Below, one piece after another: positions 46,069 through 56,546 of a stretch of 64,000 bases of DNA. Origin of the DNA: an uncultured Gammaproteobacteria bacterium (GTDB lineage Bacteria; Patescibacteriota; Microgenomatia; UBA10105; UBA927); assembly GCA_964349125.1 (NCBI GenBank), contig CAYGFH010000004.1, positions 42,921-106,920 on the forward strand. The letters are read 5' to 3'. Positions within the stretch are counted from its first letter, which is position 1, and every line of letters begins with the position of its first letter. Position numbers and translations under genes: made by a program. The notes beneath the pieces were generated by a model. That model was not told the origin of the DNA. It ran no database searches and saw nothing but the letters and a program-made list of their open reading frames with translations.

Positions 46069-48498
46069 TTATCTATTTTTTACAATATGTTTTGATCTAA
46101 TAGTTAATTGATCCGAAACTCCTACCGCAAGAGGTCCCAGGTGATATCCTACTTCCTGAGCCAACTCTCCATCAGGATCGCCAATCACCTGAATTGTTGT
46201 TCCCATTTCCTGTTTCCATGCTTTTGCGTATGCATCACTTTCATGCGGTAAAACAACCACGATTGCGGATTGTGATTCCTTCACTCGGCGTTCAAGATTT
46301 TCCAGTATCACATGACTGTCAGGCATCCATGAATTCATAACTATCAGCTCTATTTCTTTCCCAACCATCAATTCAGAAATCCGCTCGGTAAATACGCCCG
46401 ACAATCTCTGTCCTACGATATGTTCGTCAGCGTTCCCGAACACATCGGTTCTGATGGGCTGTGCGTGTACCTGATCATGAAAAGGATTACAAAATGTATA
46501 ATTCCACAGCTGTATACACTGAGCTTTTTTCAGTGTAAACGGAACTGAGACAAACGATGCGTGAGGCACTTCAAATGTGTTTGTATCCGTAGCTGTAAAT
46601 CCGTGGGCGCGAGCCTGCAAGCGGTATGAGCCTCTGGGTAATAAATACGAGTAGCATGTACCATCAGTTTTGATCGGATTATTCTGATCAAATGCGGATG
46701 CATTCCAGAGCGAAAATTTTCGTTGCAATGTATCCATGGCATAAACGGAGACACTCGCGAGTTTGAGAGACTCTCCAGACACACAGGAAGAATTCTGGAT
46801 GTCTAGCTGAAATAATTGTTCTACTGCTTTTGGATTCACACGATCATCCATTTCAATAGAAATACCATACTCAGACGGGTCTACCGGCGTAAAATTTGCT
46901 TGCCACATATCGGCTTTAACAGATCGAGTCATGGGAACACGACTGATTTCACGGCCCAGTCTATCAGTAACTATAATAGTAGCTGTTACCACTCCTCCTG
47001 ACGAAGAGACATATATGGTATACGGATAGTGCGTCAATCCACGGATATGCGATATTGAATCGGGTATGAGGGGTATAGCTCCACTCGCTACGACCACTCC
47101 GGCACTTCGGGGCGCAAATCGATCGATAATTACACGCTTTATCGCACTCACCGTGATATTTCCCACCCCATCAGTTGCACGAATTGCGACACCATATTCC
47201 CCTTCTTTTTTGGCATCCAGCGGATCTACGGAAAACTCCACACCATAGTCCGTCACAAGGCTGGGAATCACTCGCCATGTCGTACCGCCATCATAGGTAT
47301 GCTCTACAGTGGCCACTCCCGAGGGATCCAAAACAGTTCCTCTACTGGTAGGCATTGCTTTCATGACCGGTTGAAATGAAGATGCAAAAAGAATCTGAGG
47401 GCCCGCTCCGTCAAGCACGTATGAGCGTGTGTCACTGAGCCCCACATTTCCGGAATAGTCCATAACTTTCATTTGTACCCGATATGTGCCTGAACGTGTC
47501 GCATGTTTCGGGGTAAATGAAAATTCCAGTGGTTTTGAGGACGTGGTCCCAACTCCTGAAATGCGAGTGTATGCTCCACCATTAACCGCGTAGTATATAT
47601 TTTCTATACCTCCTTCATCACTGGTACGAACCCGGATGTTTGGCGAGGTCTTATATGATTCTTGTGCCAATGGGTACAACACGACAACCGGCTCCGTTTT
47701 GTCCGGTATCGGCGTTGGCGTGGGTGTAGCCCCCGGTCCGGATGTTGGGGTTGGCGTAATCGTCGGTGTTGCAGTCGGTTGCGTGGTGCCAGTCACGAGA
47801 AATGAATTATATGAATTTGCGGTATTCCCGGATCCATCCGCGCTATCTATCTGAAAATAGTAAATAGTATCAGCAACCAACCCTGTCGCTGTCAGGGAAT
47901 GCGACCGTGTAAGGGAAGTTGATTCTTTTGTGCTCCCGTATGCATTGGTTGTCCCGTAGCTCAGTATGCCTGTTGCAGCCTCATCGGTATCCCAGTTGAC
48001 CGTAAATGACGTGTTTGTCGTTGAGAGCGATATGTTTGCAATGATGGGTGATGTTGTGTCCGGAGGATCACCTGATACGGTAAACGACAGGTCACCAGTT
48101 GCCGAAAAAAGCGTATCTCCGGCTGCGGAGTCAGATACTTGGACACTCCAAGGGAGCGATGATTGATCTACTGATCCGGACGTAATATCTATCGTCACTT
48201 CAGTTGAGGCACCACTTGCTAATGTCCTGCCCGTTAATATCACATAATCACTATCCCATGCTACCGTCCATCCGGAGCTCACACCTGTTATTGAAATCGC
48301 ATCAGATGGACGCAAAATCTTTATATATCGGACCGTTTGAGCATCTGTGTTGGTAACGGTTATACTCATCTGGAGACTTGAATTTTTTGTTATTGTATTG
48401 TTTGAAAGCGTTGCCGTGGCCGAAGAAATCGCGGCAAAAACGTGGGGTGGTAGACACACGTATATCAATAAAAAAAAGTATCCAATACCCTTTCTCAT
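46069..48498 (-). CDS. Secreted multi-domain protein: FN3/Big-like repeats, PT linker, CarboxypepD_reg-like domain and C-terminal Cys-less thioredoxin-like fold (paralog A)
   Basis: Signal peptide LPPHVFA. FN3-like SFTVNWDTDEAATGILSYGTT. TPTITPTPTSGPGATPTPTPIP linker. Redoxin-like NSWMPDSH where WCxxC is expected. Confidence 0.6.
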   Translation of the reverse strand: MRKGIGYFFLLIYVCLPPHVFAAISSATATLSNNTITKNSSLQMSITVTNTDAQTVRYIKILRPSDAISITGVSSGWTVAWDSDYVILTGRTLASGASTEVTIDITSGSVDQSSLPWSVQVSDSAAGDTLFSATGDLSFTVSGDPPDTTSPIIANISLSTTNTSFTVNWDTDEAATGILSYGTTNAYGSTKESTSLTRSHSLTATGLVADTIYYFQIDSADGSGNTANSYNSFLVTGTTQPTATPTITPTPTSGPGATPTPTPIPDKTEPVVVLYPLAQESYKTSPNIRVRTSDEGGIENIYYAVNGGAYTRISGVGTTSSKPLEFSFTPKHATRSGTYRVQMKVMDYSGNVGLSDTRSYVLDGAGPQILFASSFQPVMKAMPTSRGTVLDPSGVATVEHTYDGGTTWRVIPSLVTDYGVEFSVDPLDAKKEGEYGVAIRATDGVGNITVSAIKRVIIDRFAPRSAGVVVASGAIPLIPDSISHIRGLTHYPYTIYVSSSGGVVTATIIVTDRLGREISRVPMTRSVKADMWQANFTPVDPSEYGISIEMDDRVNPKAVEQLFQLDIQNSSCVSGESLKLASVSVYAMDTLQRKFSLWNASAFDQNNPIKTDGTCYSYLLPRGSYRLQARAHGFTATDTNTFEVPHASFVSVPFTLKKAQCIQLWNYTFCNPFHDQVHAQPIRTDVFGNADEHIVGQRLSGVFTERISELMVGKEIELIVMNSWMPDSHVILENLERRVKESQSAIVVVLPHESDAYAKAWKQEMGTTIQVIGDPDGELAQEVGYHLGPLAVGVSDQLTIRSKHIVKNR

Positions 48499-51400
48499 AC
48501 CTGTTGTTTCTGCACGGGTACAGTAAAGCAGAATTCTGACCCGACACCCTCTTCGGATTTTTCAAGCCAGATACTCCCACCCATGCCTTCAATAATAAGT
48601 CGGGAAATATATAATCCTAACCCTGTACCCTTCGTTGTGTCTCGCGTAAACAGACTGCTTCCCGCCTGCTGAAACTTTCGAAACAGGAGCGTCTGGTTTT
48701 CTTTCGAAATTCCGCGCCCGCTATCAATTACCATCGTCTTAACCAGAGCATCTTTAATAGAAACCTTGACAACTATATCTCCCGTATCAGTAAATTTAAG
48801 TGCGTTACTAATCAAATTGAGTATCACCTGCTTCGTTCGATCCCTATCTGCATAGACAGCAGGGACATCACAGGTATCGTCAAACCGAACAGTCACGTGT
48901 TTTTCCAGCGCAGAACCTTCAAATTCAGCTACAGATTCTCGTATCAGGTCTTTTAGGTCGAACTCGGATTTTTTGAAGTCGATTTTCCCTTGCTCTATGC
49001 GACTGACATTCAAAAAATCATTCACGATATCAATGAGGCGTAAGCTCGAAGCATGGATATCTGTTATCATCTCTTTCAGATCAGGATCAGTGATTTTATC
49101 TCCATAAAAATCAATAATCATAGACGTGTTTCCGCGAATAGCTGTTAGTGGTGTACGCAGTTCATGTGAAGCGATAGAAAAAAATTCATCTTTGCTTCTC
49201 TCCACCATTTTTGATTCCGTTGTATCCTCAAGTACGAACACCTGACCAATGACTTCTGCACTATCACCCTGTGTGATAATCGGAGCGATGAAGAGTCGCA
49301 CCCACCGAGATTGGTACTGCACAGAGGGAAGCTGTTTTGGTTTTTGTGTCTCTGTACACACTGTTGATTCTCCCAGAATATCTATAATTCCCTCGAACGT
49401 TTTGGCCACATCACCGATAGTCAACTGCTCGGCTGTGACGTTGAGCATTTTTCTGGCAATTGCATTTATAAGCACGACTTTTCCTGACACATCCGTCATG
49501 ACAAACCCAAGGGGTAAGTTTCGAATGGATGCCATAAATCTGGCCTGTTCACGCACGAGGTCCTGAGTGCGCTCTTCCACTTGCTTTTCAATTGTTTCTT
49601 TTACCGCTTTGTCTTTTGATATATCGTGAAATGTTGCTAACGCCCCAATGATCTCATCCCCACGTTTCAGTGGTGTGGTTGAGATAGCCACGGGAATTTT
49701 CCCATTTTTTGACTCCAAGTAGTGATTATCTTCCAATCCGTATGAAACGTGTTCCCCATTGTGCAACGTCCTGTACAGTGGCCGCTGATTCTCCGGCAAA
49801 GGCGTATCTGCATTGTAAATGACTGTTATATCGCTGAGTTTTTTGCCCACTATGTCTTCAATCGGTATTCCCACTAATTCAGAAGCCATTGCGTTGGTAA
49901 GTAACACTTTATACTCTTTGTTTACCACGAACAGTCCTTCACTCATGGATGAAATAATTGCCTGTGCCTTATCCCGTTCATCCTTCATCTGCTCTTCCAG
50001 TTTCCGTTCATCCTCGAGGATATTGAGCATTGCGCTTTTTGTTGATTCAAGTTCCCGGTTTTTTTGCTCAATTGCCCTCTCCGTTTCCTTACGTTCTGTG
50101 ATATCATCTCCCGAACTTATGGCAGATATAATATCTCCTTTGCTATTTCGAAGAACGCTGTTATGCCATGCAATAAGTCGAATCGCACCGTTTTTGGTCA
50201 CAACTGAATTTTCAAAGTAATCCTGGAAAACACTCTTTCCTGACATAATGGAAGTAAAGACTGCGCGAGTCGCCTCCTGATCACTTGTTGGAATCGCTTC
50301 AACAAACCAGTCTTTCCCTATAAGCTCTTCTTTTGTCCTCTCTAAAATTTCGCAGGTTCTTTTATTTACCAGAGTTACCTCACCTTGAGGAGATAATGCT
50401 ATAAACATAACTCCAGCTGAATCAATATATTGCTGCATACGATACCGTTCATCTGCAAGTAAATGTTGTCCATACTCCATCGACTGCAACATGGTATTAA
50501 CTGATTTTACTAGTGAAGAAATCTCATCGGATTGTGTATCCTGTGGAATACGCTCACTTACGATGCCCCGTTTACCGAGAGCAACGATTTGGCCGCTCGC
50601 TGTGACAATCCTGTGAAGCACAATCCGATCAAGAATAAACAAAATAATAAACAGCACAACCACACCAATCACACTTCCGAAAACACCGATATAGGTAACG
50701 ACCTGAACGCCTTGTGCATGGATATCACGAGGAAGTTCCATATGAAAATATAACGCAGGTTTGCCGAAGATATCAGATTCGAAATGGTCTGCTTCCAATG
50801 TGTTTATTGACTCAACTTCTGCATAGCTTTCAGTTCCTTTTGCCAGTTCTTTTTTGATATGTTCGGATACGTTTAACGGGTCAATTACTTGTATTTCGAT
50901 TGGCAATCTCACAATTTCGCCAAATTCCTTGGCATATGTTGTTGAAATTTTACGCAGGAAAATCAGGACGCCTCTTGGGGAGCCCTCAGCACTACTCATG
51001 AGGATTGGCCTCGCACTGAGTATGAATGGAATCCCATTATCGACGACAACACCTGTCAGATGATCATGCTGTTCTCCGAGTTTTTCAAACACATCCCGAT
51101 TTGTAGAAAGCGATCGTAAATATGCCGAAACAGACGCGCTAAGTTCTCCTTCGGGGTCGTATCCTTTTGCATACACTACTTTTTCGCCTGGCTTAGCAAA
51201 GATCATTGCATAGATGTTGAGATTTTCGAATGTAAGGTCCTGCAGATTTGATTCGATAAATTCTGTATTCTGATCTTCAATAAACTGATACGCATCATCC
51301 CATGTGGACCAGTCGGACAACTTGACAGACAGATTGTTTTTTTCGACATCAAACGCCTGACTCACCCGTTCCAGATTGACTCGGGTACGATCCATCTCCA

Positions 51401-51524
51401 GTTCATCGAACCGGCTGAGAAATATTGTGGCTGACGCATATATAGCAGTGACTACAATACAAAGGATTCCAGTCCCTATTAACAATAAGCTTTTTGTTCG
51501 TATAGACATATGTACAGGTATCAC
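48495..51524 (-). CDS. Sensor histidine kinase (periplasmic sensor, TM, multiple PAS, HisKA, HATPase_c)
   Basis: HisKA FFSIASHELRTPLTAIRGN; HATPase G-box GTGLGLYISRLIIEGMGGSIW; PAS-like repeats; two TM segments. ORF-track start is a GTG in a GTGA overlap with the upstream stop. Confidence 0.8.
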   Translation of the reverse strand: MIPVHMSIRTKSLLLIGTGILCIVVTAIYASATIFLSRFDELEMDRTRVNLERVSQAFDVEKNNLSVKLSDWSTWDDAYQFIEDQNTEFIESNLQDLTFENLNIYAMIFAKPGEKVVYAKGYDPEGELSASVSAYLRSLSTNRDVFEKLGEQHDHLTGVVVDNGIPFILSARPILMSSAEGSPRGVLIFLRKISTTYAKEFGEIVRLPIEIQVIDPLNVSEHIKKELAKGTESYAEVESINTLEADHFESDIFGKPALYFHMELPRDIHAQGVQVVTYIGVFGSVIGVVVLFIILFILDRIVLHRIVTASGQIVALGKRGIVSERIPQDTQSDEISSLVKSVNTMLQSMEYGQHLLADERYRMQQYIDSAGVMFIALSPQGEVTLVNKRTCEILERTKEELIGKDWFVEAIPTSDQEATRAVFTSIMSGKSVFQDYFENSVVTKNGAIRLIAWHNSVLRNSKGDIISAISSGDDITERKETERAIEQKNRELESTKSAMLNILEDERKLEEQMKDERDKAQAIISSMSEGLFVVNKEYKVLLTNAMASELVGIPIEDIVGKKLSDITVIYNADTPLPENQRPLYRTLHNGEHVSYGLEDNHYLESKNGKIPVAISTTPLKRGDEIIGALATFHDISKDKAVKETIEKQVEERTQDLVREQARFMASIRNLPLGFVMTDVSGKVVLINAIARKMLNVTAEQLTIGDVAKTFEGIIDILGESTVCTETQKPKQLPSVQYQSRWVRLFIAPIITQGDSAEVIGQVFVLEDTTESKMVERSKDEFFSIASHELRTPLTAIRGNTSMIIDFYGDKITDPDLKEMITDIHASSLRLIDIVNDFLNVSRIEQGKIDFKKSEFDLKDLIRESVAEFEGSALEKHVTVRFDDTCDVPAVYADRDRTKQVILNLISNALKFTDTGDIVVKVSIKDALVKTMVIDSGRGISKENQTLLFRKFQQAGSSLFTRDTTKGTGLGLYISRLIIEGMGGSIWLEKSEEGVGSEFCFTVPVQKQQV

Positions 51525-52477
51525 GCTGCGGATGTACTTTTTTTCAACTGTTCAATTTCTTTTTTAAGCTCCACCATTTTGAGCTCCCGACCAATCATAA
51601 GCTTATTCATATCTGCATACTCATTTGATCGCTTCTCAAATTCTTTTGATTTTTCCTCTAACACGCGGGTCCTCTCTCTGACCTTCCCTTCGAGATCGAG
51701 GTATAACATCTGAAGTTTTCCTGCCATTTCGTTAAACGATTCGCCTAATGTTCCGATCTCATCTTGTGATTTCACAGTTACCCGAGTGTCAAATTTTCCC
51801 AGAGCATACTGATTCACCAATTGCGACAACTCTTGAATCGGCCGTGATATAAATACTGAAATAGTATATGCAAAGAGTAGTGTCATACATATGACGAGTA
51901 TAAATATAGAGCAGATCGCCAATATTACCCTATGGATATATGCGTCCGTCTCTCTGAACTTATACAATACTTGCTTGTTCCCATCTACCATCAAGTTCTG
52001 CAATATTTGTGCAGAGCGTATCACATGTTGATCATGTTCGTTTGCATATACCATCTCAGATCCCTGTGTCTTGCCTTTGCGAGTGGTTGAAAAAATATCC
52101 ATCTCCATGTTCCGCAGACTGATTCCTTCCTGAAGAAACTCGTGAAATATCTTTTTTTCTTTATCGTCAAATAAGTTGGTAATATCAGCTATCTGCTGTT
52201 CATACGATAATTTTGTATCCGTATACACGACATCCCACTTTAAGTCTCCTGATGATGCAAATGAGACTGTCACGTCCACCAGCTTGCGATTTAATGCTTC
52301 AAGAGTTGCAATCTTGCGAAGTTTTTTGGATTGTGTGTCAATCTCTTTAACTGTTTGTCGTATCTCTGCGTACGAATACAACACATACAAACCCGTCGCA
52401 AAAAAAACAATCACGATACATACATATCCGAAAAGGATCTTTGATTGAAGTGATAACCGATTTAATATTTGTTTCAT
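51521..52477 (-). CDS. TM-sensor-TM-HAMP protein ending in a coiled coil, no output domain
   Basis: Two TM helices; HAMP-like IQELSQLVNQYALGKFDTRVTVKSQDEIGTLGESFNEMAGKL; C-terminal MNKLMIGRELKMVELKKEIEQLKK. Confidence 0.6.
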   Translation of the reverse strand: MKQILNRLSLQSKILFGYVCIVIVFFATGLYVLYSYAEIRQTVKEIDTQSKKLRKIATLEALNRKLVDVTVSFASSGDLKWDVVYTDTKLSYEQQIADITNLFDDKEKKIFHEFLQEGISLRNMEMDIFSTTRKGKTQGSEMVYANEHDQHVIRSAQILQNLMVDGNKQVLYKFRETDAYIHRVILAICSIFILVICMTLLFAYTISVFISRPIQELSQLVNQYALGKFDTRVTVKSQDEIGTLGESFNEMAGKLQMLYLDLEGKVRERTRVLEEKSKEFEKRSNEYADMNKLMIGRELKMVELKKEIEQLKKSTSAA

Positions 52478-53259
52478 TTAAACCACTTGTCTTGAATCAG
52501 TTGTAATTCTCCTGTCTCTTTCCAATCGGCGATGAGCTGATTTATAACGGGCTGCAAACGACTGGCCGTACTCGGTAGTGCAATTCCATATGACTCAGTG
52601 GTAAATGGAGTACCAACTATCCTGATTCCACCCGCTTTTTTTGCAAGCTCAACTCCCGCAGGATAATCAATAATGATTCCCTGTATTTTTCCGTTTTTGA
52701 GGTCTATTACCGCTTCATCATAGTCCTTATAATCCACAACGCTTTTGGCGTCAGTTAAAACAAGTGCCTGCTCCTTGCTGGTCGTATCTGCCTGCACCCC
52801 GAGACGTTTACCGTTTATGTCAGATATACTTGTAACCCCAGCTACACCCTCCGGAACGATTAACACTTGTCCTGACGCAAAATATGGGTCAGAAAATAGC
52901 ATGCGTTTTTTGCGTTCCGGAGTAATGCTTACAGATGAAATTACGATATCGACCTCCCCTTGTTCGAGCGCGTCAAAAATAGTGTCAAACGGCGTATTTT
53001 TGAGCTGAAGTGTGACGCCAAGTTTGTCGGCGATAAGCCTGGCTATGTCCGGATCATATCCGACGATCGTCCCATCCGGCAATACGCTTTCAAGTGGTGG
53101 GTATGTTGCATCTAATCCCACAACCAATACCCCCGCTTTTTTAATCCGTGCTATTTCGTCTGACCTCCACCCGGATGGGAGTATGCCGCTATAGATCCCC
53201 GTCACAACCACCGCGACTAGTATGACAGCAAGCACAAACGATTTCCAAAGACTACTCAT
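52474..53259 (-). CDS. Periplasmic solute-binding protein family 3 (amino-acid-type SBP)
   Basis: VGLDATYPPLE...GYDPDIARLIADKLGV...TPERKK..FSDPYF pattern. Confidence 0.75.
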   Translation of the reverse strand: MSSLWKSFVLAVILVAVVVTGIYSGILPSGWRSDEIARIKKAGVLVVGLDATYPPLESVLPDGTIVGYDPDIARLIADKLGVTLQLKNTPFDTIFDALEQGEVDIVISSVSITPERKKRMLFSDPYFASGQVLIVPEGVAGVTSISDINGKRLGVQADTTSKEQALVLTDAKSVVDYKDYDEAVIDLKNGKIQGIIIDYPAGVELAKKAGGIRIVGTPFTTESYGIALPSTASRLQPVINQLIADWKETGELQLIQDKWFK

Positions 53260-54521
53260 ACATCCTCCTTTTTTACGTTTTTTAGGGATTCTATTTCTTT
53301 TTTAAGCTCAATCATTTTGAGCTCCCGACCAACCATGAGTGCGTTCATGCGTTCTGTCTCCAGTGCATGTTGCTGCAATTCTTGTTCAATCTTTTTCTGC
53401 TCCGTAATATCCCGAATGATACCAACAATGATTTTCGCGCCCTTTTTATCTGTGTATATCGTTTTCTTTGTCACAATAGTGTGACGCACACCAGAGGCAT
53501 CGGTAAAGAATTCTTCGTTAGTATTTTCTGATTCACTGGCAAACACTTCCTCATCCTTGGCCCAAAACACATCCGCCTCTTCCTTTGGGAAAAAATCATA
53601 GTCAGATTTCCCTATCAACTCATCCCTCTTACGGCCCATAAATGAACACATAGAATCGTTCAGCAATATATATTTGTGTTGTCTGTCTTTCACGAATATC
53701 GGATCAGCCGCGACATTGATAATATTGCCCAGGTATTCTTCTGACTGAACCATACGCGCTTCAATTGCTTTTCGGTCGGATATATTATCTTTTATGGCGG
53801 CAAAATTCACTATCTCACCGGCTTCATTTAACACAGGTGAAATGGTCGCGAACTCCCAGTACATATCGCCATTTTTCTTCTTATTACACAATTCTCCTCG
53901 CCATGTTTTCTTCTGAGAAATCACTGACCATAAATCCGCATATACCGTGATGTCCGTAACGCCGGATTTCAAAATGCGTGGATTTTTCCCCTTCGCTTCA
54001 TCAAGTGTATATCCTGTGGTTTGTGTAAATGCAGGATTTACATATTCAATTACCCCTTGTGGATCCGTCAATACAATAGACGATGGACTCTGTTCGATAA
54101 TATGCTGAAACTTTCGCAGCATTACTTCAGCCTGAGTATTTTCTGCTTCTATCTTCACCTGGTCAGGTACCACACGTGTGTGAATGAGAATTCCATCTAT
54201 ATTGCTCTCCTCCGGGAGATAACGTGCTGTGCTCTCTATCCATTTCCACGATCCATCTTTGAGTTTAAACCGCACGCGAGCTGTATACGGTTTACTTCTG
54301 TACAACTTCCCTTCTGCTATAAGGGAAACCACCCGGGGCAAATCCGCAGGGTGCAGATATTTCAGAATATTTTGATGAACTAATTCTTCTTTGGTATAGC
54401 CTAAAAGAGGCTCAATAGCAGGTGATTCATACAATATCGTGCCATCTTCTTTCATCAGTGTAACCAGATCAACAGAACACTCTACAAATGCTCTGTACAC
54501 TGATTCCGGAAGGGTATCCAT
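53256..54521 (-). CDS. Cytoplasmic triple-PAS protein ending in a coiled coil, no output domain
   Basis: Three PAS-like repeats; C-terminal MNALMVGRELKMIELKKEIESLKN is near-identical to the C-terminus of the HAMP protein. Confidence 0.65.
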   Translation of the reverse strand: MDTLPESVYRAFVECSVDLVTLMKEDGTILYESPAIEPLLGYTKEELVHQNILKYLHPADLPRVVSLIAEGKLYRSKPYTARVRFKLKDGSWKWIESTARYLPEESNIDGILIHTRVVPDQVKIEAENTQAEVMLRKFQHIIEQSPSSIVLTDPQGVIEYVNPAFTQTTGYTLDEAKGKNPRILKSGVTDITVYADLWSVISQKKTWRGELCNKKKNGDMYWEFATISPVLNEAGEIVNFAAIKDNISDRKAIEARMVQSEEYLGNIINVAADPIFVKDRQHKYILLNDSMCSFMGRKRDELIGKSDYDFFPKEEADVFWAKDEEVFASESENTNEEFFTDASGVRHTIVTKKTIYTDKKGAKIIVGIIRDITEQKKIEQELQQHALETERMNALMVGRELKMIELKKEIESLKNVKKEDV

Positions 54522-54523
54522 AG

Positions 54524-56104
54524 TTATAACTGATCAGCAATATATTTTGAAATATAATACGCAGGAAATACACTGCAAACGAGGAGAACTGCCGTTATAA
54601 GGAATGTGTACTGTATGGATGATCCTGCAGCCTGCAGGATGGCACTCTGTGGGCGACCGACAAATAGCATGCCAACGGGGTTATTATCTACATCTTTCAA
54701 GGGTAAAAATGCCGAGGTATACTGCATGCCTCGCATCGGAAGTGTCCCTGCAAACAATTCTCCTTTTTGCAGAACCTGAGTTGTAACAGACGCATGTTCT
54801 TCTTTCATACCTATCACGCGAGTTATACCATCTGGAGAAACGAACGTTGTTGCCGACACGACAGACCCACCATACACAGATGCATCTAATCCTGTGGTTT
54901 TTTTCATACCATCGACAAATGCCATATCAACGCCTTTCCCTACGACAATAACGCCAATAATCGCTTTGTCTGACCCTCGTATCGGAGCTGTTGCCTGTAT
55001 GGTCAAATCCGGTGCAACGACACCATCTTTTGATACGATCGTGGTCTGAGATTCTCCCAACAAGGCGCGTTTCACCACAGAGTCCTGGAGTACCGAGTCA
55101 CCAACACGATCACGATCCTCGCCGCGCGCGAGCACTTGCCCAGACGTGGATACGATCAATGCATGTGTGAATCGTTTCACCAATAATTCATTTGTAATGA
55201 TATCTCCGAGCGACTTTCTGTCGTTGGTTTCGATCGCGGCAACAAGCACCTGGGATGCAGCTATGGATTGTGCGTCCGCAACCAATTGTTCGCGTTGACT
55301 TCCGAGAGCAAAATCCAGTACTTTTACGTCTGTTTCTATCTGACGAAGTGATTCTGCCTCCATATTGGAAAGCAGCAGTCCCGTAAATGACACAGTGGTT
55401 ATAAGAAAAATCGCCAATATCGTCGTGGTATACACCATGAAAAGTTGCGCTTGGAATTGCTTCAACAGATAGCCAAATACCCACTTACACAGGACGACGG
55501 CACTGGCAATCAACAATACAAGTGAGGCAATCCACACAGGTCCAAAGGGAGCAACGAACTGAAATATTCTCACATTCGTACTGGTTTGAAATAGCGATAG
55601 AAGGCCAACGAGTTCACTCAAACTCAAGATAAAGAAGGACCATGCAAGGGGCTTTAAGTGATCCTCAAGCCCCACAGTGGCCCGCTTCAAATATAAAAAT
55701 CCTACGACAGCAGCTCCTATCGGTCCAAGTACGGGAAGCACAGCGGCACGGGCACCAAGGGCAACGAACCCAGAAGCACGAGTATCTGTTGGCACTTCCT
55801 GAATAGGATCCATTAACAATCCCACGATGAGTGCTGAGTATGCGAATACTCTGACTGTTGCTGCTATCAGTGCTGGTGATATACCAAAGAACAGCGGGGC
55901 TGAAATAATTGTTGTTTCAATAACAACAGCCTCAACGATAAACGATACAGATAAAAGAAAAAACCCAAGAAGTTTTACAGTAACTTTATTTTCACGTTTA
56001 GCAAGCCATGCATCATAATACAGCCAGAATACGCCAAAAAAAACGAGCGCTGTAAACAGATTTACAGCGAAATGTATATTCTCTAACAAAAACGGTATCC
56101 ACAT
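54524..56104 (-). CDS. Multi-pass membrane sensor with extracytoplasmic double-Cache-like domain, no output domain (paralog B)
   Basis: Paralog of 44487-46046; Cache-like NNPVGMLFVGRPQSAILQA. Confidence 0.55.
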   Translation of the reverse strand: MWIPFLLENIHFAVNLFTALVFFGVFWLYYDAWLAKRENKVTVKLLGFFLLSVSFIVEAVVIETTIISAPLFFGISPALIAATVRVFAYSALIVGLLMDPIQEVPTDTRASGFVALGARAAVLPVLGPIGAAVVGFLYLKRATVGLEDHLKPLAWSFFILSLSELVGLLSLFQTSTNVRIFQFVAPFGPVWIASLVLLIASAVVLCKWVFGYLLKQFQAQLFMVYTTTILAIFLITTVSFTGLLLSNMEAESLRQIETDVKVLDFALGSQREQLVADAQSIAASQVLVAAIETNDRKSLGDIITNELLVKRFTHALIVSTSGQVLARGEDRDRVGDSVLQDSVVKRALLGESQTTIVSKDGVVAPDLTIQATAPIRGSDKAIIGVIVVGKGVDMAFVDGMKKTTGLDASVYGGSVVSATTFVSPDGITRVIGMKEEHASVTTQVLQKGELFAGTLPMRGMQYTSAFLPLKDVDNNPVGMLFVGRPQSAILQAAGSSIQYTFLITAVLLVCSVFPAYYISKYIADQL

Positions 56105-56127
56105 AGGCAGGATTTATGAGTATGTAG

Positions 56128-56146
56128 GAGGTAGTGAGTAGTCAGT
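56128..56146. repeat. Heptamer array gtaggag-gtagtga-gtagtca-gtag (left inverted repeat of four-helix-bundle cassette)
   Basis: Reverse-complement partner ctactcactactcactact at 56525-56546. Confidence 0.75.
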
Positions 56147-56155
56147 AGATACAAG

Positions 56156-56524
56156 CTACTTTCTAGGTTCCACCACCTGCAATCTCCGTATCAATACATT
56201 TAGCATTTTCATAATTTCTTCTATGCTTTTGTTCAGTGTATCAAATTGATGCGTGTTAATATAGTCAATGCGTTTTGATATGTATAATTGTGTTTCAAAC
56301 TCTGCTCCTGATCCATATGCCATTCGTAAAAAATGAATATACTCATTAGTATGCCCTCTTCTTTGCCCTTCAGCAATATTTGAAGGAATAGAAACGCAAC
56401 TTCTTCGAATCTGCGAAACTAGACCGTATACTTCAGATTTTGGGAACTTATCGGTAATTGCGTAAACAGACACACATAAATCGATTGATTTCTGCCACAC
56501 GATCAATTCTTTATAGCTTTTCAT
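56156..56524 (-). CDS. Four-helix-bundle protein (23S rRNA intervening-sequence protein family) embedded in the signalling operon
   Basis: YKELIVWQKSIDLCVSVYAITDKFP...VSIPSNIAEGQRRGHTNEYIHFLRMAYGSGAEFETQL. ATG 56524 preferred over GTG 56533. Confidence 0.8.
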   Translation of the reverse strand: MKSYKELIVWQKSIDLCVSVYAITDKFPKSEVYGLVSQIRRSCVSIPSNIAEGQRRGHTNEYIHFLRMAYGSGAEFETQLYISKRIDYINTHQFDTLNKSIEEIMKMLNVLIRRLQVVEPRK

Positions 56525-56546
56525 ACTACTCACTACTCACTACTTA
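56525..56546. repeat. Right inverted repeat (actactcactactcactact) of the four-helix-bundle cassette
   Basis: Reverse complement matches the gtagtga array at 56128-56146. Confidence 0.75.
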
